NCBI GenBank assembly: GCA_050298595.1
Contig: JBNKUM010000033.1
Location: 1-53,603 of the forward strand
Reading direction: 5' to 3'
Length of the DNA stretch: 53,603 nucleotides
Source: Gammaproteobacteria bacterium
GTDB lineage: Bacteria; Pseudomonadota; Gammaproteobacteria; GCA-001735895
Shown: piece after piece, positions 10,272 through 18,187 of the stretch
Layout: every line of letters begins with the position of its first letter
Numbering within the stretch: position 1 is the stretch's first letter
Translations under genes and position numbers: made by a program
Notes under the pieces: generated by a model
Told to the model about the DNA's origin: nothing
Seen by the model: the letters and a program-made list of their open reading frames with translations, nothing else
Database searches by the model: none

Positions 10272-10633
10272 TACCAGTCCAGCCCTGAGTCTTCATCACT
10301 TTTATCTGTTAACTCAGAATTTGCGGCCTTATCGTGCTTTGAGCCGCTCGCACGTTGCCTTTGTCGCCCTTTCATTTTTAGCTGATGCATGGGACTTGAT
10401 GTTACCTCGGGAACAAACCCTGTCACCAGATCAAGACGCCCCAGCACTCTGAGCACCGCGATAACATTTTCAAACTTGCCCGCACCTTCGACCAGTTTGC
10501 GGTAACTGAGCCGGGAAAGGCCAATCTCATCAGCCACGTATTGCTGTGTCAGGTTCTGTTCCAGACGCATCTGCTCGATACGCTGACCTATTTCCTGCGC
10601 AATGGCTTGATCTGTCATTGATTCAAATTTCAT
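10271..10633 (-). CDS. XRE-family HTH protein, HipB-like antitoxin
   Basis: IGQRIEQMRLEQNLTQQYVADEIGLSR HTH; stop overlaps the hipA start (TAATG). Confidence 0.85.
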   Translation of the reverse strand: MKFESMTDQAIAQEIGQRIEQMRLEQNLTQQYVADEIGLSRLSYRKLVEGAGKFENVIAVLRVLGRLDLVTGFVPEVTSSPMHQLKMKGRQRQRASGSKHDKAANSELTDKSDEDSGLDW

Positions 10634-10786
10634 AGTGGTAACTTTTCTATAGATTAAAAAGAAAAACCCATGTTAATGTATACTTTTATTAACAATATGC
10701 ATATATACAGGCATAAACATTAATGTCAACTTTTATTACCACAAAATCAAAAATAACGACTTAATGCAAAGAATATAAATCATTAA
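10632..10786 (-). promoter_or_regulatory. hipBA-like promoter with four imperfect TTAATG-N14-CATTAA boxes
   Basis: Boxes begin at 10632, 10673, 10720 and 10761; TTGACA on the minus strand at 10724-10729. Confidence 0.55.
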
Positions 10787-10798
10787 ATGAGAATCGTA

Positions 10799-11164
10799 AT
10801 GAACCCAGAAATCAAAAACCACTCTCAGAGTAATGAATTTTATACACAGGAAGCCTGCTATATACGCGAACTCTCCAACTCAAGCAGCGACCCTGAGCTG
10901 TCGATAGCCCAGGCCAGGGTAAAACCCGGTGTCACTACGCGTTGGCACAGTCTGGATGGCATTACAGAGCGCTACTACATCCTGCAGGGTGAAGGTATTG
11001 TTGAAATTGCTGAGCTGGAACCTCAAAGAGCAGGTTGTGGGGACATAGTGATTATTCCTGCCTCCTGCCGCCAACGTATTCACAACCCAGGGCAGGAGGA
11101 TTTAATATTTCTGGCGATATGTTCACCTCGCTTCACCAGTGCTGCCTACCAGCAATTAGAATAA
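10799..11164 (+). CDS. Cupin domain protein
   Basis: PGVTTRWHSL...ERYYILQGEG...GDIVIIP; start 10799 or 10787. Confidence 0.88.
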   Translation: MNPEIKNHSQSNEFYTQEACYIRELSNSSSDPELSIAQARVKPGVTTRWHSLDGITERYYILQGEGIVEIAELEPQRAGCGDIVIIPASCRQRIHNPGQEDLIFLAICSPRFTSAAYQQLE

Positions 11165-11201
11165 TACCCCGCCATCCCTGGCATGTTCAGTGAGGGCTGT
11201 T

Positions 11202-11597
11202 TTATTGGGCCATAGCTCCGTGTAAAGTGACCTCATGATCACACTCAATGACCGCATGCTTCGGTAAAGTATTTTTAACGCGTAAAGCTGCCTGCTCCTG
11301 CTGTACAGCCAATATCCCTGCCTGGCCCAGTTTAATCCGCTCAAGATCATTTCGTGTAAGGCCAATATCGCGCAACTGATGTCTATCCATCGCGAAAAGC
11401 TGTTTATAAATCTGACGAGTAGAGTGGTAATCAATAAAACGCTTTGGCAAATTGACTACAAACTTCACCAGCTTAGTTACAAAATCCCCAATAGCTCTGC
11501 TACGTAAACAATGCGCTTTAGCATGAAAATTCCTGATCTGAGACGGAGGAATAGCTGAGTTCTGGTGTATATGAACAATATTCTGATCAACTTTCAC
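11202..11597 (-). CDS. DUF1127 (YjiS-like) domain protein
   Basis: TRQIYKQLFAMDRHQLRDIGLTRND motif; GTG start with AGGAG RBS; divergent from a LysR. Confidence 0.8.
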   Translation of the reverse strand: MKVDQNIVHIHQNSAIPPSQIRNFHAKAHCLRSRAIGDFVTKLVKFVVNLPKRFIDYHSTRQIYKQLFAMDRHQLRDIGLTRNDLERIKLGQAGILAVQQEQAALRVKNTLPKHAVIECDHEVTLHGAMAQ

Positions 11598-11696
11598 AAT
11601 AGTTCTCCTTAATAAGATAACTTGCGGTTTCAGAATATAGCCCTTATTATCCAGCTAAACAAATCATCATAACTTAAATAAAGTTTAGTTTTTCTA

Positions 11697-12608
11697 ATGT
11701 ATAAAAGATTACCCCCCTTAAATTCAATGCGCGCTTTTGAATCTGCAGCACGTCACCAGAGCATCAGCCTTGCAGCCAGTGAATTGAATGTCACCCCAGC
11801 GGCTATCAGCCAGCAGATCAAGTTACTGGAACAGGTGCTGGACGTTCAGTTATTTATAAGACAAAACCGGCAAATCGACCTCACCGAAGAAGGTCAGTTA
11901 CTCAAACCCTTACTGGGTGAAGCCTTCGAGCAGATGTACCGGGCACTACAAACGCTGCGCGCACATCAGCAGGGGCATCCTTTAACCATTACCGCCCCTC
12001 ACACATTCGTAGCTAAGTGGCTCATTCCAAGACTTGATGATTTTAATCAACAGTATCCTCAGATTAGCGTCAGAATTGATGCATCGACACGACTGGTAGA
12101 TTTTGAACAGGAAGCAATCGATGTCGGTATTCGCTTCAGCATGCAACAGGACCCAGATCTGGTATCAACTCATCTAATGACATTGCAGGTGATCCCAGTC
12201 TGCAGCCCTGAGTTCATTCAAAAGCAGAACCGGCTAAAAACTCCAGCAGACTTAAGCAATCAGACATTGCTACATTATGAACATAAAACCGACGAACCCA
12301 GCTGGCCTGACTGGAACATGTGGCTCACCACAGTGGGATACCCAGAGGTCGATAGTAAAAGTGGAATTTCTTTCGCCCAACCAGAAATGCTAATTCAAGC
12401 CGCTATCGAAGGACAGGGCATTGCATTGGTGGCAACAATATTTGCAGAAAAGGATATTCAGGCTGGTCGGCTAGTTCAGCCTTTTTCGATGTCCATGCCT
12501 ATCGATTTTTCATACTACCTGGTCACCACGCCTAAGCGGGCGAATCTACCGAGAGTAGCAGCATTTAAGCAGTGGATTTTACAGCAGCTAGGAGCCTGCG
12601 GGGTTTAG
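11697..12608 (+). CDS. LysR-family regulator, GcvA-like
   Basis: RLPPLNSMRAFESAARH, KWLIPRL, AAIEGQGIAL motifs of the GcvA subfamily. Confidence 0.92.
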   Translation: MYKRLPPLNSMRAFESAARHQSISLAASELNVTPAAISQQIKLLEQVLDVQLFIRQNRQIDLTEEGQLLKPLLGEAFEQMYRALQTLRAHQQGHPLTITAPHTFVAKWLIPRLDDFNQQYPQISVRIDASTRLVDFEQEAIDVGIRFSMQQDPDLVSTHLMTLQVIPVCSPEFIQKQNRLKTPADLSNQTLLHYEHKTDEPSWPDWNMWLTTVGYPEVDSKSGISFAQPEMLIQAAIEGQGIALVATIFAEKDIQAGRLVQPFSMSMPIDFSYYLVTTPKRANLPRVAAFKQWILQQLGACGV

Positions 12609-12753
12609 ATGATCGTAGCGAGGAAATGGCATTTTGAGTCAAATATTTCGATCACTTGAGGCCAATAGTGAGCCTATTTAACGAAAATAATCGAATTGTT
12701 GGCCAAAATGCTTTTTCAGTAGTAGATTCATCATCCTAAATCCGACAGCCTCC
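12591..12753. mobile_element. MITE-like palindromic element (~163 bp)
   Basis: Imperfect terminal IRs GGAGCCTGCGGGGTTTAG / CTAAATCCGACAGCCTCC; nested IRs GCATTTTG...CAAAATGC and AATAG-N5-CTATT. Confidence 0.7.
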
Positions 12754-12841
12754 TGGCTATGTAGAAATAAGTAATACCCTATTTGTAAAAAAATGATTCA
12801 AATGCTATAGCTTGTTTATAACTACCACGCACAGGACATAT

Positions 12842-13045
12842 ATGCCATACGTAAACATTAAAATTACTAACGAAGGGGCAAACCCTGAACAAAAAGCTCA
12901 GTTAATAGATGGTGTCACAAGGTTATTAAAAGATGTTTTAGGGAAAAATCCGGCAACCACAGTAGTCGTAATAGACGAAGTTGATACCGACAACTGGGGC
13001 ATTGCGGGTGAAAGCATTACACTACGCAGAAAAAAAGGGCTATAG
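12842..13045 (+). CDS. 4-oxalocrotonate tautomerase family protein
   Basis: M-P-Y-V-N-I start (catalytic Pro1) with AGGA RBS; QKAQLI...VVIDEVDTDNWGIAG. Confidence 0.92.
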   Translation: MPYVNIKITNEGANPEQKAQLIDGVTRLLKDVLGKNPATTVVVIDEVDTDNWGIAGESITLRRKKGL

Positions 13046-13212
13046 TCATCCTTATCACGCATATCCCATACCAACCTTGATGATTTATAACCACGTAAAC
13101 AGCATGTCAGATTATATGAGGAAACCTTTATAAAACGGCAATAAATATTTGTCATCTCTTTAAAATTAGGGTGCGACCTTTTTCAAAATAACAGGGGGTT
13201 ATTGAAAACACG

Positions 13213-13593
13213 ATGAAAACCAGCGAACTAATTTGGCAAGACGCACAGCATCAGGACTTACTGGCGATGGTGGAATCTTTAAAAAATTCACCGGATACCG
13301 GTGTCGAAATTCTGGATAAGTTAACCGACTATGTTACTTACCACTTTTCTATGGAAGAGCGCTATATGAGAGCCACAAACTTTCCGGATTCTGATGCACA
13401 TATTCGTGCACACAGGAATTTTGAGGATAAGGTAAAAATCATGAAGTCCAGCCCCCATATTGTCGAACACGGCTTAAGGAATAATTCTTTTCGTAATGAA
13501 ATTATCGGTTTTTTAAACGACTGGTTGGTAAAACATGTCTTAGGTCTGGATAAAAAGCTGGAACAACATATCCTGAATTCCGATATCAAATAA
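13213..13593 (+). CDS. Single-domain bacteriohemerythrin
   Basis: Di-iron ligand pattern H...HFxxEE...HxxxH...HxxxxD complete. Confidence 0.9.
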   Translation: MKTSELIWQDAQHQDLLAMVESLKNSPDTGVEILDKLTDYVTYHFSMEERYMRATNFPDSDAHIRAHRNFEDKVKIMKSSPHIVEHGLRNNSFRNEIIGFLNDWLVKHVLGLDKKLEQHILNSDIK

Positions 13594-13716
13594 TTCAAAT
13601 ATATCCCGCTGCAACTTTCGAAAAGTTGCAAAAAAAAACATAAAGACCTCACATTAATTCTGTGACTAAAGCACATTCCTATCTCATCAAAAGTTATTAC
13701 AATCTAACTACTTTCA

Positions 13717-13905
13717 ATGCAATTTATAGAAAACGCCATGAATGAAGATAACGAAGTAATACTAATCGATGAAGATGATGACGATAGCGAGGAGTCACAC
13801 CAGGGGACTCTTGGCGACGAGGACGATACCATCGTTGATACCACTTGCGCACTAAATATGATCCATTCAAACAAATCATTCCACTGGCAACAGTTTTTCG
13901 GTTAA
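13717..13905 (+). CDS. Possible small acidic protein
   Basis: 55-62 aa D/E-rich ORF; no clear RBS and no recognised family. Confidence 0.3.
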   Translation: MQFIENAMNEDNEVILIDEDDDDSEESHQGTLGDEDDTIVDTTCALNMIHSNKSFHWQQFFG

Positions 13906-13910
13906 GTTAA

Positions 13911-14064
13911 GACGCCTCTGATCTGCATAATATGTCTCTGTAAGACCTGGAGCATACAGATTCAAGGCGCGCTTGCAGATAAGGGTGGTCCCTTTTCAAG
14001 GAGTACAACGCAGAGTGCGCTTCATCCTGTGTGCCAGAGATATAATATACAGATCGGGTGTGTC
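13911..14064. repeat. Long imperfect palindrome, MITE/ERIC-like element (~154 bp)
   Basis: 30-bp arms 13911-13940 and 14035-14064 match at 23/30 positions; four of the seven mismatches are G:U-compatible on the plus strand. Confidence 0.6.
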
Positions 14065-14065
14065 C

Positions 14066-14104
14066 AAAAAATGCCGATCTGATGATACAACCTCAGACCG
14101 GCAT
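14066..14104 (-). terminator. Intrinsic terminator of the Hsp20 gene
   Basis: ATGCCGATCTGA/TCAGACCGGCAT stem with an adjacent A-run (T-tract on the minus strand). Confidence 0.65.
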
Positions 14105-14115
14105 ATTTCATCAAA

Positions 14116-14544
14116 TCACTTAATATCCACCTGAATTTTTTTAGCTTTTTCGACAGCCGACTTCGGCAGGTGTAGATAAAGCATACCTTCCTTGCTTTCA
14201 GCTTTTATTTCATCGACTTTCACATTTTCCGGCAAAGTAAAACTGCGTGAGAACTTGCCATAAAAGCGCTCAAGACGATGTTCCTTTTCATCACGCTTTT
14301 CATATTTACGTTCTCCACTGAGCGTAACTACACCTTGATTAACATCAACACTAATATCTTCCTTTTTAACCTCAGGCAGCTCTGCCTTGATTAAAAACTC
14401 CTTATCATCTTCGGTGATATCTACCGAAGGGCTCCAGTCAGCGTTCAACAAACCATCCTGAGACGGATGCCTGGTCATAGCGCGCTGATAAGGCTTGAAA
14501 AACTCATCCAATTCATTAAAAGGATTCCAACGTATCATGTTCAT
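14116..14544 (-). CDS. Hsp20/alpha-crystallin small heat-shock protein
   Basis: WSPSVDITE, AELPEVKKEDI, ERFYGKFSRSFTLP, GMLYLHLPK, C-terminal IxV/I motif. Confidence 0.95.
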   Translation of the reverse strand: MNMIRWNPFNELDEFFKPYQRAMTRHPSQDGLLNADWSPSVDITEDDKEFLIKAELPEVKKEDISVDVNQGVVTLSGERKYEKRDEKEHRLERFYGKFSRSFTLPENVKVDEIKAESKEGMLYLHLPKSAVEKAKKIQVDIK

Positions 14545-14563
14545 CTTTTTTCTCCTGGTTTAG

Positions 14564-14632
14564 TTGACATTGATACTACTCATTGATATTGATACCACTC
14601 ATTAATATTGATACTACTCTTTGATTCTGATA
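14564..14632. repeat. Three tandem 19-bp direct repeats plus a partial fourth
   Basis: TTGACATTGATACTACTCA / TTGATATTGATACCACTCA / TTAATATTGATACTACTCT / TTGATTCTGATA. Confidence 0.85.
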
Positions 14633-14657
14633 GGTACAAGTTAAACAACTTCAACCC
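14628..14657 (-). promoter_or_regulatory. Possible sigma32-type promoter for hsp20
   Basis: Minus strand GGTTGAAG-N13-ACCTATCA, a partial match to CTTGAAA-N13/14-CCCCATNT. Confidence 0.35.
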
Positions 14658-14672
14658 CATAAAACCTGTAAC

Positions 14673-14686
14673 TTGACAAGGATCAG
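14673..14686. promoter_or_regulatory. Possible FNR/Crp-family box
   Basis: TTGAC-AAGG-ATCAG, 8/10 match to TTGAT-N4-ATCAA. Confidence 0.35.
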
Positions 14687-14817
14687 GGTATGTAAAAACA
14701 GTTGGCTTAGTAGGCTTGAAACACGTAAATCCGGCACTATTTATAGATATTAAGTGCTGATTTTTAACTGCGGTTTTTTACTACTAAATTATACCGACAA
14801 CTTAATCGAGACAGGCT

Positions 14818-15645
14818 TTGAATAAGAACTCATTTATCATTCTTTTGCAGTTCGTATTAATTTTGATCCTGATCTGGTTTTTATGGCGCCCAGCTGATAA
14901 CAATACCGCAGATAAGGTCGCTCCTGAATCCAGCAAGTATCTTAACGAAGGTCAATACAACCAGGTGCTTGATCGTCTGGATAAACTGGAAAACGAGCTT
15001 TTACAGCATACATCTGATCGCCAACAACTAGAAGATAGAATCACCCAACTGGAAAACCACAACAGCCCCTCTACACTACAGGAATATTCCACAAAAACAT
15101 CCGATACTGATATGCAGTCCACACAGGACGAACCTGACACTGTTGATCTCCCTATCCAGCAAAAATTAATCAATCAGGGGCTAGCGGTTGAGACGGTTAA
15201 TATGCTGCAGAAGTATGTAGATGATAAACGCCTGCAAAGGCTAAACTTAAGGGATCAGGCAATTCGGGAAGGATGGCAGAACAGTGACCAGTACGTGGAA
15301 AAAATGCATGCTCTGGGTGATGCGGCATACGGACTCAAACAGGAGTTTGGGGAAGAAGTTTATGATCAGTACCTGTACGCTTCAGGTCGTCCTAATCGGG
15401 TTGTTGTTCGAGAGGTTATTAACGGATCTGTCGCACAAAGTGCAGGGTTAAAGCCTGGTGATATTATTCTCCGCTACGCCGAAGAATCAATCTATAACAT
15501 GGATGAATTACGTGAAGCGACCACTAAAGGAAATTCAGGAGAAAGCATTCTGCTTGAGTTTATGCGTGATAAACAATCCTATTCTGCCACTATAGTTCGA
15601 GGACCGTTGGGCATCTCAATGGACTTTGCTCGCATAGCTCCCTAG
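14818..15645 (+). CDS. Membrane-anchored coiled-coil protein with C-terminal PDZ domain
   Basis: N-terminal hydrophobic anchor, heptad region, VREVINGSVAQSAGLKPGDIILRY PDZ motif; TTG start. Confidence 0.82.
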   Translation: MNKNSFIILLQFVLILILIWFLWRPADNNTADKVAPESSKYLNEGQYNQVLDRLDKLENELLQHTSDRQQLEDRITQLENHNSPSTLQEYSTKTSDTDMQSTQDEPDTVDLPIQQKLINQGLAVETVNMLQKYVDDKRLQRLNLRDQAIREGWQNSDQYVEKMHALGDAAYGLKQEFGEEVYDQYLYASGRPNRVVVREVINGSVAQSAGLKPGDIILRYAEESIYNMDELREATTKGNSGESILLEFMRDKQSYSATIVRGPLGISMDFARIAP

Positions 15646-15687
15646 TTGCCGCTAATTATCCCCGTTCAGGAAATCAGCAGTCATGGT

Positions 15688-15882
15688 TCACTCCGAAGTT
15701 GCACGGCCTATATGATAGCCCTGCGATTGTGCAATGCCCAAAGATCTTACAATTTTCAAAACCTGTTTACTAGAGACAAATTCCGCCGGAATCGTTTGTA
15801 TGCCCAGATGCTGAAGGTTAGAATAATAGGTACCATAGTCATCTGTCGCTATCTTGCAGCCGCAAAATTTAACCCTTTCAAT
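15688..15882 (-). pseudogene. Internally deleted EAL phosphodiesterase remnant
   Basis: Manual translation IERVKFCGCKIATDDYGTYYSNLQHLGIQTIPAEFVSSKQVLKIVRSLGIAQSQGYHIGRATSE*: DDFGTGYS-like, AEFV and QGY motifs with the intervening KID segment missing; no start codon. Confidence 0.8.
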
Positions 15883-16080
15883 TTAACGCTCCCTACCTGG
15901 CATAGACGCCTGTGGATACGGGACGGAGGTCAGCTCCTCCCGACTCAAAACTGTGGCAGGAATGACAGGAGATAGTCCCATCTCTGGACAAGCGAGGATC
16001 GGTGAATAACCTTTTCCCCAGAAAGCCCTGGGCTGGTCATAATCAACATGCCGGGGAATGGGTATAATCGGCTCAAAAGC
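15881..16080 (-). pseudogene. Cytochrome c peroxidase-family N-terminal remnant
   Basis: AFEPIIPIPRHVDYDQPRA [frameshift near 16021] LGKRLFTDPRLSRDGTISCHSCHSFESGGADLRPVSTGVYAR*; CxxCH at 15953-15967; internal stop. Confidence 0.85.
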
Positions 16081-16186
16081 TTAAGCCGTCATACCAGTTA
16101 ATTAAATAACTCCAGAGAGCAGGTTGATTAAACCGTATAGATCACCTTACAAATGGGCAGCGGTTGCTCAAATGAAAGGATATTTA

Positions 16187-17395
16187 TCATTCCTGCCGAT
16201 TACCATAGCTGTACCAGAGCTGGCTCGGTGAGTTGCTATCTGCACGCTCAATCCACAAAAGATGTAAGCCGCCCAGGTCATCAAGTGCTACAGCAGCATG
16301 CGTCTGCTCACCCGTTCCTGATGCCGTAACAGGAGAAAAGTCACTACTCCATTCACTATCTTCGTTATAGAAGCTTAGCCAGATATCGGAATCACCCAGC
16401 CTGAAATCGTCCCAAACCACAACAAAATCTCCATTTTGATTACCAGTTACGGATGGATTGTAATGGGGAAGCTGGTCACCCTGCTTGCTATGTACCTGTT
16501 CATTTGGACCAAAGTCAGCGCCACCGTCAGAGCCCAGCGCAGCGTAAATACCATATCCTTTGCCGCCTGTACGTTTATCCATCCAGGCTGCAAGTACTTC
16601 ACCATCACCAAAACCGGTAATAGATACTCGAGTCACACCATTCCCTTTATCATACTCATTGCGGTTTGAATAAAATTCGTTGAGATAGGATGGTACTGAG
16701 AAGTTGATATCAACCGAGTCTGAAACACTGTACATCAGACGGGTATGCCCGGCCCGTCGATCTTCCCAGGCTACGCAAACGGTTGATTGATTAATGGTAA
16801 TACTGGGCATCAGCATAGGCGTGTCCACCAGCTCAGGCTCTACCTGATAACCGACCACCTGCTTTAATGCACTCGAATTATCTACCTTTAAACGAGCAAC
16901 TTTCAAAGCATAACGATGTTGTTTCTTTTCACGCCATACCGCCATCATATCATCGCCATAGGCTGCGACACTGGGATGAGCTGCCACATTGTCTGATAAC
17001 AAGAGTGCATCACTCACCCCCTGCCTGGTCTGTAAACGCGCATACACCGCACCATCCTGCTCATAAACTACCAGGAAGCGACCTCCAGTTATAGGTGCTA
17101 TTGCCGGCTCATAAGCTTCCTGCCCACTGCTAATCCGAATCGCTTTGCCAAATTGATGCTGTGAAGTGGATTTTTGAGCCAGATATATTTGTGGACTGCC
17201 ACTGGAGTTATCCTCCCACACCAAAGCAATCTGATCACCAGAGAGCGCAATATGCTTGCGTCCAGCGCCTTCCAGGTGATGAAAAACGCCAGACCTGGGA
17301 GCATCAGTCAGCGCGACTTTTTGCGAAAACGACCATCCCGCTGCCTGACAGACAGAAGCCATCAGAAACAGCGCAAAACTAGGTAAAATTTTCAT
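16187..17395 (-). CDS. Secreted BNR/sialidase-like beta-propeller protein
   Basis: Signal peptide; about six repeats of P-x-I/V...VW-E/D-D-x-R...IY; Asp-box-like SDGGADF. Confidence 0.75.
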   Translation of the reverse strand: MKILPSFALFLMASVCQAAGWSFSQKVALTDAPRSGVFHHLEGAGRKHIALSGDQIALVWEDNSSGSPQIYLAQKSTSQHQFGKAIRISSGQEAYEPAIAPITGGRFLVVYEQDGAVYARLQTRQGVSDALLLSDNVAAHPSVAAYGDDMMAVWREKKQHRYALKVARLKVDNSSALKQVVGYQVEPELVDTPMLMPSITINQSTVCVAWEDRRAGHTRLMYSVSDSVDINFSVPSYLNEFYSNRNEYDKGNGVTRVSITGFGDGEVLAAWMDKRTGGKGYGIYAALGSDGGADFGPNEQVHSKQGDQLPHYNPSVTGNQNGDFVVVWDDFRLGDSDIWLSFYNEDSEWSSDFSPVTASGTGEQTHAAVALDDLGGLHLLWIERADSNSPSQLWYSYGNRQE

Positions 17396-17904
17396 TATCT
17401 AGCCGCCAGATATTCTTTCAGTGTAGTTTTCAGGTAATGCCCCTCAGCAACAAAGGTATTGAAATCAGACATTTGCTTGACCGTCTGAAAGCCAGCCTTT
17501 TTGAATAAAGGCTTTTGATCTGCTGAGTAATAGATAAAAGTGGGCGTACCCTGAATCCGGCTTCGCGCAGTGAACTGCATCTCGGTAGTTCTTTCACCAT
17601 TAGGTAATCGAATACGCGCATCACTTTCAGTATCTACATAGGCCAGGATAAAGTTATCCTGAAACTGCTTGCTCAGACTGGCGTCGCTAAATACTTCTTT
17701 ATGCATCTTGCGGCAGGTACTACATCCATAGCGACCAAAATATAGAAACATGGGTTTGTTAGCTTCGCGGGATTGCTTCATCGCCTCACTGAGATTGTAA
17801 AATTGATAACCTTCAGGGGGCGCCGACAAAGCAACAGGTTGATAACTAAGTGCCAATAACAGTAATAGATGTAAACAGTAACGGGCAATTTTCTTATTAT
17901 TCAT
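17395..17904 (-). CDS. Periplasmic thioredoxin-fold protein, SoxW-like
   Basis: Signal peptide; KPMFLYFGRYGCSTC (CxxC); GTPTFIY cis-Pro motif; stop overlaps the next start. Confidence 0.85.
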   Translation of the reverse strand: MNNKKIARYCLHLLLLLALSYQPVALSAPPEGYQFYNLSEAMKQSREANKPMFLYFGRYGCSTCRKMHKEVFSDASLSKQFQDNFILAYVDTESDARIRLPNGERTTEMQFTARSRIQGTPTFIYYSADQKPLFKKAGFQTVKQMSDFNTFVAEGHYLKTTLKEYLAAR

Positions 17905-17997
17905 TTTCTGGACACCAATGTTTTTTGAACTCTGAAAATCTACGTCAGCCTCATGAACAGGTCAAGCGACAACTCTAAACGCCAACAATAAAAGCAA

Positions 17998-18026
17998 TTG
18001 ACAGTCTTTTCGATTGCGGCGACTAT
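17998..18026 (+). promoter_or_regulatory. Sigma70-type promoter for the leader-DMT transcript
   Basis: Perfect TTGACA (17998-18003), 17 bp spacer, GACTAT; the predicted start falls at or next to ATG 18034. Confidence 0.55.
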
Positions 18027-18033
18027 AAGTAGC

Positions 18034-18123
18034 ATGAAAAAAACCTATCCGACTTCTCTCGTTCTCCGTCTGCGCAAGATTAACTTTGCATGGCTTACGA
18101 GCTTGCGGCTGGGAATATTCTGA
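18034..18123 (+). CDS. Putative attenuator leader peptide (29 aa)
   Basis: MKKTYPTSLVLRLRKINFAWLTSLRLGIF*; its 3' end overlaps a predicted antiterminator arm. Confidence 0.6.
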   Translation: MKKTYPTSLVLRLRKINFAWLTSLRLGIF

Positions 18124-18143
18124 ATCAAATGAATTCAATATCA

Positions 18144-18171
18144 GGCCGCTCTCAATGAGCGGTTTTTTTTT
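18144..18171 (+). terminator. Attenuator terminator in the 5' leader of the DMT gene
   Basis: GGCCGCTC-TCAAT-GAGCGG followed by 9 T, ending 16 nt before the DMT ATG. Confidence 0.8.
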
Positions 18172-18187
18172 GGCTTAAGGAAAATAT

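Noticed and set aside
14564-14632. Direct repeats as a mini CRISPR array
   Set aside because: Units are contiguous 19-mers with no spacers, and there are no cas genes in the window.
15646-15975. 109-aa plus-strand ORF, or a structured RNA in this gap
   Set aside because: Better explained as the antisense of CCP and EAL pseudogene fragments.
16187-16189. TGA stop as possible selenocysteine read-through
   Set aside because: Immediately followed by an in-frame TAA.
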